64,000 nucleotides of DNA from an uncultured Desulfatitalea sp. GTDB taxonomy: Bacteria; Desulfobacterota; Desulfobacteria; Desulfobacterales; Desulfosarcinaceae. Under the pieces are notes generated by a model that was given only the letters and a program-made list of their open reading frames with translations, searched no databases and was not told where the DNA came from. Shown piece by piece: positions 20,001 through 27,977 of this stretch. The stretch spans positions 32,001 through 96,000 of the forward strand of contig CAXXMB010000002.1 of NCBI GenBank assembly GCA_963668675.2, written 5' to 3'. Positions within the stretch are counted from its first letter, which is position 1; each line of letters opens with the position of its first letter. A program made the position numbers and the translations under genes.

Positions 20001-20477
20001 TGGGCAATTGACCTGGCAAAGCGGCTCGCGTCGCTTGTCGATCACCGCACGGCCGGGCAGGGCCATACGGCTTTCGATATGAATCGGCTGATGGCCGTTC
20101 TGACCGCAGACCGGACAGACCTCGACACAGCGTCCGCACAAGGTGCAACGCTCCGGATCCACATAGGTTGGCTGGGGATCGATCTGCACCCGGAATCCTT
20201 GCTGGCTGTGTCTGACCGAACGAACCTGCGCCGGCATGACGCACCGAATATTTGGATTGCGCAGGATGCGGATCAGGCCGGGACGGTTGGCGTAATTGAG
20301 GGGCACCCCCGACGCCAGCCGATAGGCATCATCGCTGAGCTTGCGGTCCAGGTCGGCCTCTTTGTCGACCAGGATAGTCGGAACACCCAGCTCGCCCAGT
20401 TTGTTGGCCGCCGCCACGCCGGCAGGCGTTGCCCCCAGGATCACCACATTGTGCAACCTGTTCTTGGCTTGTTTCAT
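17094..20477 (-). CDS. large HdrA-like flavo-iron-sulfur protein with an inserted GltD/NfnL-type module (HdrL-like)
   Basis: Partial HdrA N-terminus, ferredoxin motif, CQVNCP..ICGRICTHPCEAAC, IIGSGPTGL, GGLLRYGI, VIGDGNAAFD, then RLGVFACRC HdrA domain and C-terminal 2x[4Fe-4S]. Confidence 0.8.
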   Translation of the reverse strand: MKQAKNRLHNVVILGATPAGVAAANKLGELGVPTILVDKEADLDRKLSDDAYRLASGVPLNYANRPGLIRILRNPNIRCVMPAQVRSVRHSQQGFRVQIDPQPTYVDPERCTLCGRCVEVCPVCGQNGHQPIHIESRMALPGRAVIDKRREPLCQVNCPLGVNVQGYMALTAAGRYAEALEVIRRDNVLPAICGRICTHPCEAACRRSEKDGALAIRDIKRFVADRASGASEAAPKAVPAKGGDPIAIIGSGPTGLAAAADLARQGYPVTVYEREKEAGGLLRYGIGPHRLPRKILDEELAAIEAEGVRFVTNHEVAMPEGLARMSRDHRAVIVTTGSWADRNLGVEGESLKGVEGCLSYLNRFYRGDDGHVSGRVAVIGDGNAAFDLARVLNRQGAKVTMVSWFGRDEIPADVDEVHAAFEEGIEFRERSQVVGFSGSSGSLKVVQVRATQPGPADANGIAWPVIVPESRTEALAFERAFVAIGQTGAYSDMPSSDGWHVSDRGLIASDELGRSGMAGVYVAGDATTGATSVVKAMADGRRVAGQVVEDLTGRPGGHDRGRVVPQRPETRDFDPVPDDLPLKERTAMPELPVERRQVNFNEVALGFDEEQARSEAARCLQCGSCAQCLACLPVCEANQAICHDEETETILENTGVLIVADPEMVPGIRGDDVIRAYGPPAAKTDVHAMMLRGFSAAARAMVLLKQHGMRMKGRSISFVPPDVGLDRNVRLGVFACRCNDSLGWSEGMDACLAQLHTQEDIVHCEALPSACTPEGIQRVVDAVRDQGLTRLVLASCVCCPLNFVCSACTDQRSRLKRGLFEGTGISRSMVQTINLRGEVLRHLVNDESLAVSLFEGIITRSVRRARKLLPFPAPARNYNFTTAVIGQTEAARNAALTLARAGFEVLMFGSAKHPLDEAPDHPHIFAFDGSSVHAVGGTIGNFQIHTECGDGPRTFNVGAVILGEKSRNIAIYQHHADLPGVKVQARMQKDQVPGIPYMYPCGTSIAGLFLADPPGIQISKRTKGEAAAIMSAAAMPNGPRQSRGFSVVIDGALCRGCGRCLKACPYQAISLTTNGGIGFTAVVDDALCKGCGNCISVCPSNAADSPFRDQVYLEQTLEELLMAGSRS

Positions 20478-21049
20478 GCGACAACTCCTATGCGGCCGGC
20501 TGCCTTGTTCCGGCGGCCTTTGAGTGTGGCCTGGGCAAACTCCCAGCCCCGTTCAAAGGCCTTGACGTTCTTTTCTATCGTTTTTGGGGGAACCGATTTC
20601 TCCACTGTGCTTCGGGCCGCCTCGGGTGAAATGGCGCCGGTAATGGCTGTAAAAAATCCGATCATGATAATGTTGGCCATCATCTTGTTGCCCAGCTCCT
20701 CGGCATACCGGGTGCACGGTACGGCAAAGCTCTCCCTGTCGCCTTCGGGTTTGACCAGATCCTGCTCGACGATCAGCACGCCGCCCTCGCTTAGGGTTTC
20801 GACATGCTTGTCGTAGCCCGACTGGGACATGCACACCAGGATATCGGGGTTTTTGATGTAGGGGAAATAGATCGGGCCATCGGCAATGGTCACCTGGGCA
20901 CTGCATGCACCTCCCCGGGACTCGGGTCCGTAAGACTGCACCAGGGTGCTCTCCATTTGGTCGGAAATGGCCGCTGCTTCGCCCACGATACGACCGGCCA
21001 GGATCACCCCCTGGCCGCCGAAACCGGTAATCGTGATCTGTTTGTACAT
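20474..21049 (-). CDS. korC: 2-oxoacid:ferredoxin oxidoreductase gamma subunit
   Basis: TGFGGQGVILAG; QSYGPESRGG. Confidence 0.85.
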   Translation of the reverse strand: MYKQITITGFGGQGVILAGRIVGEAAAISDQMESTLVQSYGPESRGGACSAQVTIADGPIYFPYIKNPDILVCMSQSGYDKHVETLSEGGVLIVEQDLVKPEGDRESFAVPCTRYAEELGNKMMANIIMIGFFTAITGAISPEAARSTVEKSVPPKTIEKNVKAFERGWEFAQATLKGRRNKAAGRIGVVA

Positions 21050-21077
21050 CGTCTGTTCCTCGCTGCTGCAGGCCGGC

Positions 21078-21923
21078 TCAAAGTATCGGCCGGCAGGTCC
21101 GGTCGTAGTTTTCGATACAGGTGGGTCGCTCTTTGTCCACGAATTCGCCCAGCACCACCTTCTTGCTGAAATCGACATCCAGGTCGTTCGGATCGGCATT
21201 GTTGCGGATGATGGTCTGCTCCTGATAGAGCTTGAGCGTCTCAAGCGATTTTTCACGATTGCGCCGGCCGTAATTGACCGGGCAGGGCCCCAGCACCTCC
21301 ACGAAAGAGAAGCCGCTTTTGCCAATGGCCTTTTGAATGCACTCGGTCAACTCACGGGTATGAAGGATCGTCCAGCGGGCCACATAAGTGGCTCCCGATG
21401 CCCAGGCCAGCAGGGGCAGATTGAACGGCGCATCGGGATTGCCCTCGGGCGTTGTGGTGGTGCGCGCGTGGAACGGCGTTGTGGCCGCCACCTGGCCGCC
21501 GGTCATGCCGTAGTTGAGGTTGTTCAGACAGATGACGGTCAGGTCCATGTTGCGCCGGGCCGCGTGGATAAAGTGGTTTCCGCCGATGGCAAACAGGTCG
21601 CCGTCGCCGCTGAAGACAATCACGTTGAGTTCGGGATTGCCCAGTTTCAGCCCGGTTGCAAAGGGGATGGCCCGTCCGTGGGTGGTGTGAAACGAATCGA
21701 GTTTCACATATCCGGCGGCGCGGCCCGAGCAGCCGATGCCCGAGACCATGCAGGTTTTTTGCAAATCGATGCCACTGGCCTTCATGGCCGTCAAACAGGC
21801 CGAAAAGGCGGTGCCGATTCCGCACCCCGGGCACCAGATGTGGGGAATGCGATCGGAGCGGATCAGATCCTCCAGGGGGTGATCCGGCTGCGTTACGGTG
21901 GTCGCTTGCGCGGTTGCAGGCAT
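21078..21923 (-). CDS. korB: 2-oxoacid:ferredoxin oxidoreductase beta subunit (TPP-binding)
   Basis: WCPGCG; VSGIGCSGR; HTTHGRA; GDGDLFAIGGNH; NYGMTGGQ. Confidence 0.9.
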   Translation of the reverse strand: MPATAQATTVTQPDHPLEDLIRSDRIPHIWCPGCGIGTAFSACLTAMKASGIDLQKTCMVSGIGCSGRAAGYVKLDSFHTTHGRAIPFATGLKLGNPELNVIVFSGDGDLFAIGGNHFIHAARRNMDLTVICLNNLNYGMTGGQVAATTPFHARTTTTPEGNPDAPFNLPLLAWASGATYVARWTILHTRELTECIQKAIGKSGFSFVEVLGPCPVNYGRRNREKSLETLKLYQEQTIIRNNADPNDLDVDFSKKVVLGEFVDKERPTCIENYDRTCRPIL

Positions 21924-23068
21924 CAGAACACCTCCTCTATTTTGGTCAGCACATCATCCGGTGATATGATCGTGCCGCCCGTATGGCCCACCAGATGGCA
22001 GGGCACCTTGCCGGCAACGGCCCGCATCACCTCCAGATGCATCTGGCCCATGTTGACTTCCACTGTGACGAATCCCTTGACCCGGTCGGCCAGCGCCTTG
22101 ATCTGCTCCTCTGCAAAGGGCCAGACCGTTATCAGGCGCAGCAGTCCGACCTTCAGTCCCCGGGCCCTCGCCTGATGCATGGCCGCCATGCTGGTGCGCG
22201 CCGAGATGCCGTAGGAGACCAGCACGATATCGGCATCGTCCAATTCGTGCGTTTCGGTCATGATAATATCGTCCCGGTTGTCCAAAATTTTGCGCTTGAT
22301 CCGGTCCATCATCTCCTGCTGCGCCTCTACGGTCATCACAGGATAGCCTTTTTCGTCGTGGGTCAATCCGGTGACATGCACATTGTATCCATCTCCGGCT
22401 GCCGGCATGGGTGCCACCCCGTTTTCCCCTGGCTTGTAGAGCAGGAAACGGTCCTTGCGCCCTTTGGGTTTGGGCCGCCACTCGGTCACGATCTGATCTG
22501 CCGGCGGGATGACCACCTTTTCACTCATGTGGCCTATCATCTCGTCAGTCATGATCAAGACCGGGGTACGATAGCGCTCGCTCAAGTTGAAGGCGGTGAT
22601 CGTCAGGTTAAAAATCTCCTGTCCCGAACTGGGGGCCAGGGCAATGATCTCGTAATCGCCGTGCGATCCCCAGCGCGCCTGCATCATATCGGCCTGGGCG
22701 CCCATGGTGGGTAGCCCTGTGGAGGGACCGCCGCGCTGTACGTTGACGAGAACACAAGGTGTCTCCGTGCAGACACCCAGCCCCAGGTTTTCCATCATCA
22801 GGCTAAAACCGGGCCCCGATGTGGCCGTCATGCTCTTCTGACCTGCCCAGGCGGCGCCAAGCACCGAGGCCATGGCGGCGATCTCGTCCTCCATCTGGAT
22901 AAAGGTGCCGCCCACGGCCGGCAGACGGGCCGACATGCGCTCGGCAACCTCGGTGGCCGGTGTGATGGGATAGCCGCCGAAAAAACGGCATCCAGCCGCC
23001 AGGGCGCCCTCGGCACACGCCTCGTCACCCGTGATGTAATGCTCTCCGGTTAACACTGCTTTATTCAT
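21923..23068 (-). CDS. korA: 2-oxoacid:ferredoxin oxidoreductase alpha subunit
   Basis: GYPITPATE; QMEDEIA; TATSGPGFSLM; QRGGPSTGLPT. Confidence 0.9.
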   Translation of the reverse strand: MNKAVLTGEHYITGDEACAEGALAAGCRFFGGYPITPATEVAERMSARLPAVGGTFIQMEDEIAAMASVLGAAWAGQKSMTATSGPGFSLMMENLGLGVCTETPCVLVNVQRGGPSTGLPTMGAQADMMQARWGSHGDYEIIALAPSSGQEIFNLTITAFNLSERYRTPVLIMTDEMIGHMSEKVVIPPADQIVTEWRPKPKGRKDRFLLYKPGENGVAPMPAAGDGYNVHVTGLTHDEKGYPVMTVEAQQEMMDRIKRKILDNRDDIIMTETHELDDADIVLVSYGISARTSMAAMHQARARGLKVGLLRLITVWPFAEEQIKALADRVKGFVTVEVNMGQMHLEVMRAVAGKVPCHLVGHTGGTIISPDDVLTKIEEVF

Positions 23069-23190
23069 GTCTCTCTCGTCGTTTTGATTCGAACCGTTTG
23101 GGCCGTTCAGGTTTTGACCTGCCGCCCATTCAGCCAACTGGCAATCGGATAACTTATTGTAATCGATAAGTTAACGCGGGTAATGGCGTG

Positions 23191-23469
23191 CTATCCAGCC
23201 TTGCGGTCCGGAGGGTCTAAGGCCACCGAGTAGATGGCAAACTCCGGACAGATGATTTCACAGTAGTGGCAGTTGACGCACCCTTCCGGCTGGACGACCT
23301 CTGGCGGGTGGTAGCCCTTCTTATTGAAACGTTCGGAAAAAACCAAGATATCGCGCGGACAAAACTCAATACAGTAGCCGCACCCTTTGCAACGGTCCTC
23401 GATAATGTAAACCACGCCTTGTGAAGTGTCGATAACCCCTGCATCCAGGGGAACACGCCAGAAATCCAT
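23191..23469 (-). CDS. korD: 2x[4Fe-4S] ferredoxin (OFOR delta subunit)
   Basis: CKGCGYCIEFCP and CVNCHYCEIICPEFAI; first gene of the kor cluster. Confidence 0.85.
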   Translation of the reverse strand: MDFWRVPLDAGVIDTSQGVVYIIEDRCKGCGYCIEFCPRDILVFSERFNKKGYHPPEVVQPEGCVNCHYCEIICPEFAIYSVALDPPDRKAG

Positions 23470-23793
23470 CTCCCGCTCCCGTACCGGCAACATGTTGGCT
23501 GAAACAATCAGCTGATATTTAAAAGGTGCCAATGCACAATTGGGGGTGATATCTGTGCATTGGCAAGTTGGTGTGTAGCCAAACCAATCTGCATACCTAT
23601 ATATGAACTGCCGGCAGACATCAAGGTTAGATATCAGCCTCATCTTTCATCTTGGAGACACCCATCTGTTTTTCGATGGGGTTTCCCCAACAATTAAAAT
23701 ATGGTTACAACGGTTGCCGTTCCGGCCAATATGGCTATTGTATTCCAATAGGCAGAGCCAACTGAAACGGAATCCCAGGAAGGAGGCCTCGCG

Positions 23794-24615
23794 ATGGCGG
23801 ACCTAAAAGGAAAAACGCTTTTCATCACCGGCGGGAGCCGTGGTATCGGCCTGGCCATCGCCCTGCGTGCGGCGCGTGACGGGGCCAACCTGGCTATCGT
23901 GGCCAAAACGGTCGAACCCCATCCGAAGCTGCCCGGCACCCTTTATACGGCTGCAGATGAAATTGAAGCGGCTGGCGGCAAGGTTTTGCCCCAAGTCGTC
24001 GACGTGCGCTTTGAAGAGCAGATTCAGGCGGCTGTCGAAAAGACAGTGGAAACTTTTGGCGGTATCGATATCCTGGTCAATAATGCCAGTGCCATCTTCC
24101 TCGCCGGAACCGTCGACACGCCGCTTAAGCGTTTCGATCTGATGCACCAGATCAATACGAGGGGAACCTTCGCCTGCTCCCAGGCGTGCATCCCCCATCT
24201 CGGCAAAGCGGCCAATCCACACATCCTGAACCTCTCTCCCCCACTTAACATGGAGGCGCGCTGGTTTGCCCCTCATGTGGCCTACACCATGGCTAAATAT
24301 GGAATGAGCATGTGTGTATTGGGCATGAGCGAAGAGCTGCGTCCGAACGGCATCGCCGTGAATGCGCTCTGGCCGCGCACCCCTATCGACACTTCGGCGG
24401 TGAGAAATTTGCTGGGGGGTGAGTCTGTGATCCGTGGCTCCCGGAAGCCCGATATCATCGCTGACGCCGCCCATTTTATCCTCACCAGGGAGAGCCGCGA
24501 ATGCACGGGGAATTTCTTCATAGATGACGAAGTCATGCGACAAGCCGGCGTCGAGGATCTGGATCGATATTCGGTTGTACCCGGAGAGCAGCTGCTGCCG
24601 GATTTCTTTCTATAG
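23794..24615 (+). CDS. SDR family oxidoreductase (HSDL2/citronellol dehydrogenase-like)
   Basis: TGGSRGIG, NNASAI, YTMAK, AVNALWPRT. Confidence 0.88.
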   Translation: MADLKGKTLFITGGSRGIGLAIALRAARDGANLAIVAKTVEPHPKLPGTLYTAADEIEAAGGKVLPQVVDVRFEEQIQAAVEKTVETFGGIDILVNNASAIFLAGTVDTPLKRFDLMHQINTRGTFACSQACIPHLGKAANPHILNLSPPLNMEARWFAPHVAYTMAKYGMSMCVLGMSEELRPNGIAVNALWPRTPIDTSAVRNLLGGESVIRGSRKPDIIADAAHFILTRESRECTGNFFIDDEVMRQAGVEDLDRYSVVPGEQLLPDFFL

Positions 24616-24643
24616 GCCGCCAGGTCAAATCTCGGGGGATGAT

Positions 24644-24871
24644 ATGGATCGAAATTTCACCGCGTTTGAACAGGTCGCCGAGACGCATAGTGCAGGGGAG
24701 CGTGCTTTTCTGAAATCTGTGCTGGATGCCGAGGCAATCACCTACTACATCGAGGGTGAGCATGCAGCCACATATATTTTCAACTCCGTGCCCCAACGGG
24801 TGATGGTTCGCAAGGACCAGGTCGATCATGTAAAAGAACTCCTCGGTACGCTGGAAAGGAAATTTATCTGA
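24644..24871 (+). CDS. DUF2007-like small protein
   Basis: LKSVLDAEAITYYIEGEH...VMVRKDQVDHVKELL pattern; abuts the next gene. Confidence 0.6.
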   Translation: MDRNFTAFEQVAETHSAGERAFLKSVLDAEAITYYIEGEHAATYIFNSVPQRVMVRKDQVDHVKELLGTLERKFI

Positions 24872-25728
24872 TGAGCGACACCCCATTGACCCTTATGTGC
24901 GTACACGCCCACCCGGATGACGAGTGCATTTCCACGGGCGGCATTTTGGCCAAATATGCAGGCGAGGGGATTCATACCGTACTGGTCACCTGCACCAAGG
25001 GTGAGTTGGGAGAGGTTTCGGATCCCGACTTCAAGCCCCCCCGGCCCGATATGAGCCTGACCGAGATCCGCATGGCCGAGCTGTCCGATGCGATCGAATT
25101 TCTGAAGGTGGGATCGTTCCACTGCCTCGACTACAAGGATTCAGGCATGGCCGGCACTGACGGAAACAACGACCCCGAAGCATTTGTCCAGGCCGATCTG
25201 CACGAGGCGGCAAATCGGCTGGTGCGGCTCATTCGGGAAACGCGCCCCCAGGTGGTGGTCACCTACGATGAGTATGGTGTTTACGGGCACCCGGACCATA
25301 TCATGGCCAACCGGATCACCCAGAAGGCGTTCGATGCGGCCGGCGATCCAGCCGTGACCTTCGACGATGGCACGCCGCCCTGGCAGCCGGACAAACTCTA
25401 CTATTTCGCACTACCCTCTGAACGGCTCGAAAAGTACAGCCGCCTGGGGTCGAAGGATGGAGAAGAGGCATTCAGACCGCCCACCACCCTCAAAGCCACA
25501 CCGGCAGACCAGATCACGACCCGCATCGATATCGCACCCTACCTGGACGACAAGTTCAAAGCGATTTACGCCCACAAGAGCCAGATCGGCAGCGGCCATC
25601 TTTTCCGGCGCCTGACCAAAGAGCAGAAGCAGGCCATGTTCGGCCGGGAGCACTATGTGTGCGTGCGCGGAAACGCCGTTTCCAGCCAGCACACCATGGA
25701 GGACGATCTCTTCGCGGGTCTTCGATAA
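24871..25728 (+). CDS. PIG-L family deacetylase/amidase (MshB/Mca-like)
   Basis: HAHPDDE, TKGELGE, DSGMAG, YGHPDHI, AHKSQ, DDLFAGL. Confidence 0.85.
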   Translation: MSDTPLTLMCVHAHPDDECISTGGILAKYAGEGIHTVLVTCTKGELGEVSDPDFKPPRPDMSLTEIRMAELSDAIEFLKVGSFHCLDYKDSGMAGTDGNNDPEAFVQADLHEAANRLVRLIRETRPQVVVTYDEYGVYGHPDHIMANRITQKAFDAAGDPAVTFDDGTPPWQPDKLYYFALPSERLEKYSRLGSKDGEEAFRPPTTLKATPADQITTRIDIAPYLDDKFKAIYAHKSQIGSGHLFRRLTKEQKQAMFGREHYVCVRGNAVSSQHTMEDDLFAGLR

Positions 25729-25745
25729 AGTGACCTCCTAACAGT

Positions 25746-27461
25746 TTACATGCGTACCCGCTTCGCCACCTCGACGAACCGGTCGAGCTGCTTTCGAACT
25801 TCGCGCTTGTTGTACTTGCCCACACTCGTCTTGGGTATGTCGTCCACCAGGGCGACGTAGACGGGCAGCATCCACTTGGTGATCTTACCCTGATCCACTC
25901 CCTCTTTTTGCAAAAAATCGATGACATCCTCTTCGGTGCGCTCCATCCCCGGAATCAAGCGCACGATCGCCATGGGGATCTCGCCCCACTTCTCATCGGG
26001 CACGCCCACACACATCGCCTCGAGGATGAACTCGGCATTGGAGATCAGGTTCTCCACCAGAACGGTGGGGATCATCTCTGAACCGCAACGGATGACATCG
26101 GTCATGCGGTCGACGATCGTGATGTAATTGTCCTTGTCGATCTTGGCGGCATCGCCGGTATGGAACCAGCCGTCGCGCCAAGCCTCGGCCGTGCGTTCGG
26201 GGTCTTTGAAGTAGCGCTCCATGATCCAGTGGCCCCTGAGTACGATCTCTCCCACCGTGTCGTCGTCTTGGGGGACTTCCCGGCCATCGGCGTCGACCAC
26301 CCGTGCGTCGATGGCCGGCACATAGGCCAGACCGGTCTTGACCATGTAGGGGTCGACCCGCTCCTGCGGCCAGTCGACCATATATCGTTTCAAGCTGGCA
26401 CTGATGACGCCGTCATAGGTTTCGGTCATGCCGTAGCCGGAACCGACCCTTAGGGTGGGAAAGAGTTTCTCCGCCTTCTGCTTCAACCCTAAAGGAAGCG
26501 CCCCGCCGCCGACGTTGATATGGGTCAGGCTACTCAGATCCCAGCGCTCGACCTCGCCATACTCCACGATCATGGCCAGCATGGTGGGCACCAGCATGGT
26601 CGTGTTGACCCTTTCGGTCTGCACCAGCTCGCAGAAACCTTCGGCCGTAAATTTGCCTGGCAAGATGATCTTGGCACTTGAGAGCACGCTGAAAAACGGC
26701 GAGCCCCAGGCGTGGATGTGAAAAAGCGGGATATTCATCAAAGTGATGACGTGATTCGGTCGAGGCGGGTCTTCGGTCCGCCGCGGAGCCGTGCTGATAA
26801 GCATGGTAACGTGCAGGCTGTGCAGATAGATCTGTCGGTTGGTGTAGAGGGCCCCCTTGGGAAGACCCGTGGTGCCGGTGGTGTAGTAAAGCACCGCATG
26901 GGTATCCTCGTCGAGGTCCGGCCACTCAAAGTCTTGGGGCTGGTCTTTGATCAGCGCTTCGTAACTGTAGATCGGCTCGATCCGGGTCTCCGGGATCTCC
27001 TGCCCTTCCGACATGAGCACAAATGCTTCGACGTGATCCTTGATCCGATCGTAGAGCGCCTCGACCAGCGGCAGAATATCCTTGTCCAGGAAGATGATCT
27101 TATCTTCCGAATGAGTAATGGTATAGGCCATATGATCCAGGGAGAGGCGAACATTAATAGGGTGGGAGACCGCGCCGCTGCAGATGGTCGCGTAGATCGT
27201 CTCCAAATGCCAGTGGTGGTTCAGCGCCATGGTGCCGACGCGGTCACCGCGTTTTACACCCAGTTTCGTCAATGCGTGGGCCAGCCGGCAGGTGCGGGCA
27301 TGCCACTCACGCCAGGTGAGCCTCAGATAGTTGCCCTCATCATTGCGGTAGACCATGGCGATATCATCCGGATACATGTACAGCGGTCGCTTCATGAGGT
27401 TTTTAACCAACAGGGGATAATGCTTGTTGAATTCAGGGTAGGTCGTCTTTTCGGCCGTCAT
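25746..27461 (-). CDS. long/medium-chain fatty acid--CoA ligase
   Basis: YTTGTTGLPKG, PLFHIHAWG, GYGMTE, WFHTGD, IPKTSVGK. Confidence 0.9.
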   Translation of the reverse strand: MTAEKTTYPEFNKHYPLLVKNLMKRPLYMYPDDIAMVYRNDEGNYLRLTWREWHARTCRLAHALTKLGVKRGDRVGTMALNHHWHLETIYATICSGAVSHPINVRLSLDHMAYTITHSEDKIIFLDKDILPLVEALYDRIKDHVEAFVLMSEGQEIPETRIEPIYSYEALIKDQPQDFEWPDLDEDTHAVLYYTTGTTGLPKGALYTNRQIYLHSLHVTMLISTAPRRTEDPPRPNHVITLMNIPLFHIHAWGSPFFSVLSSAKIILPGKFTAEGFCELVQTERVNTTMLVPTMLAMIVEYGEVERWDLSSLTHINVGGGALPLGLKQKAEKLFPTLRVGSGYGMTETYDGVISASLKRYMVDWPQERVDPYMVKTGLAYVPAIDARVVDADGREVPQDDDTVGEIVLRGHWIMERYFKDPERTAEAWRDGWFHTGDAAKIDKDNYITIVDRMTDVIRCGSEMIPTVLVENLISNAEFILEAMCVGVPDEKWGEIPMAIVRLIPGMERTEEDVIDFLQKEGVDQGKITKWMLPVYVALVDDIPKTSVGKYNKREVRKQLDRFVEVAKRVRM

Positions 27462-27650
27462 TGAGCGTCCTCTCTTTTTGCTTTGAAAGGTAAATAGGTA
27501 AATTTTCGTTCAATGGTACTGTGGGCGGGTACGTGCGGCAGCACGATCCGGTGCGCCGGCAGGATCGAATTGGTCTCCTCTTCCTCCTAAATCTCACCCT
27601 CTCAACTTTCGGGTATCATAATTGATGGCCCCGTAAAAAACCGCTCATAC

Positions 27651-27724
27651 GTAATGCCGGATCTGATCCGGCATCCAGAAGCCATTGAAAAGGCGCACGG
27701 ATTCCGGCTTTCGCCGGAATGACG
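27651..27724. repeat. REP-like palindromic doublet (GTCATTCCGG family)
   Basis: GTAATGCCGGATCTGATCCGGCATCCAG...GGATTCCGGCTTTCGCCGGAATGACG; related to the cores at 4065, 4183 and 7810. Confidence 0.7.
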
Positions 27725-27769
27725 AGAACTGTGATTTTTAACCGCCGGGCTAATGACAAAGCTCACGGA

Positions 27770-27950
27770 GGCGAGTCCGGTGGGGTGGTCTGCACCTCTT
27801 CAACATTGCATGTTAGCGCCGCTTAACTGCAGTGGAGGATTAGCGACCCGGACTGTTTGAGCGAAGCGAGTTTCCGGGCCGCCCGGAACTGCAGTTTAGC
27901 GGCACTTACATGCGTTTGCGCAAGGTGCGGACCACCCCACCGGACTCGCC
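27770..27950. repeat. ~180-nt long-hairpin element, copy A
   Basis: 28-bp outer IR, 26-bp inner IR and a central CCCGGA-CTGTTTGA-[GCGAAGC]-GAGTT-TCCGGG; homolog at 45470-45664. Confidence 0.8.
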
Positions 27951-27977
27951 GGATTATTACCCCCGAAAGCTGACCTC

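Noticed and set aside
12941..20477. HdrA-like genes as qmoAB belonging to aprBA
   Set aside because: Opposite strand, 6 kb away, linked to kor genes, no QmoC, and the domain order differs from QmoA/QmoB; a functional link cannot be excluded.
12929..22714. Long + strand ORFs opposite the hdr/kor genes (e.g. 12929-14374, 16344-17735, 18357-19787, 20946-22175)
   Set aside because: Antisense shadows of GC-rich coding genes with no recognisable motifs.
27845..27880. Hammerhead ribozyme in the hairpin element
   Set aside because: The core reads CUGUYUGA...GAGUU rather than CUGAnGA...GAAA, and I see no three-way junction.
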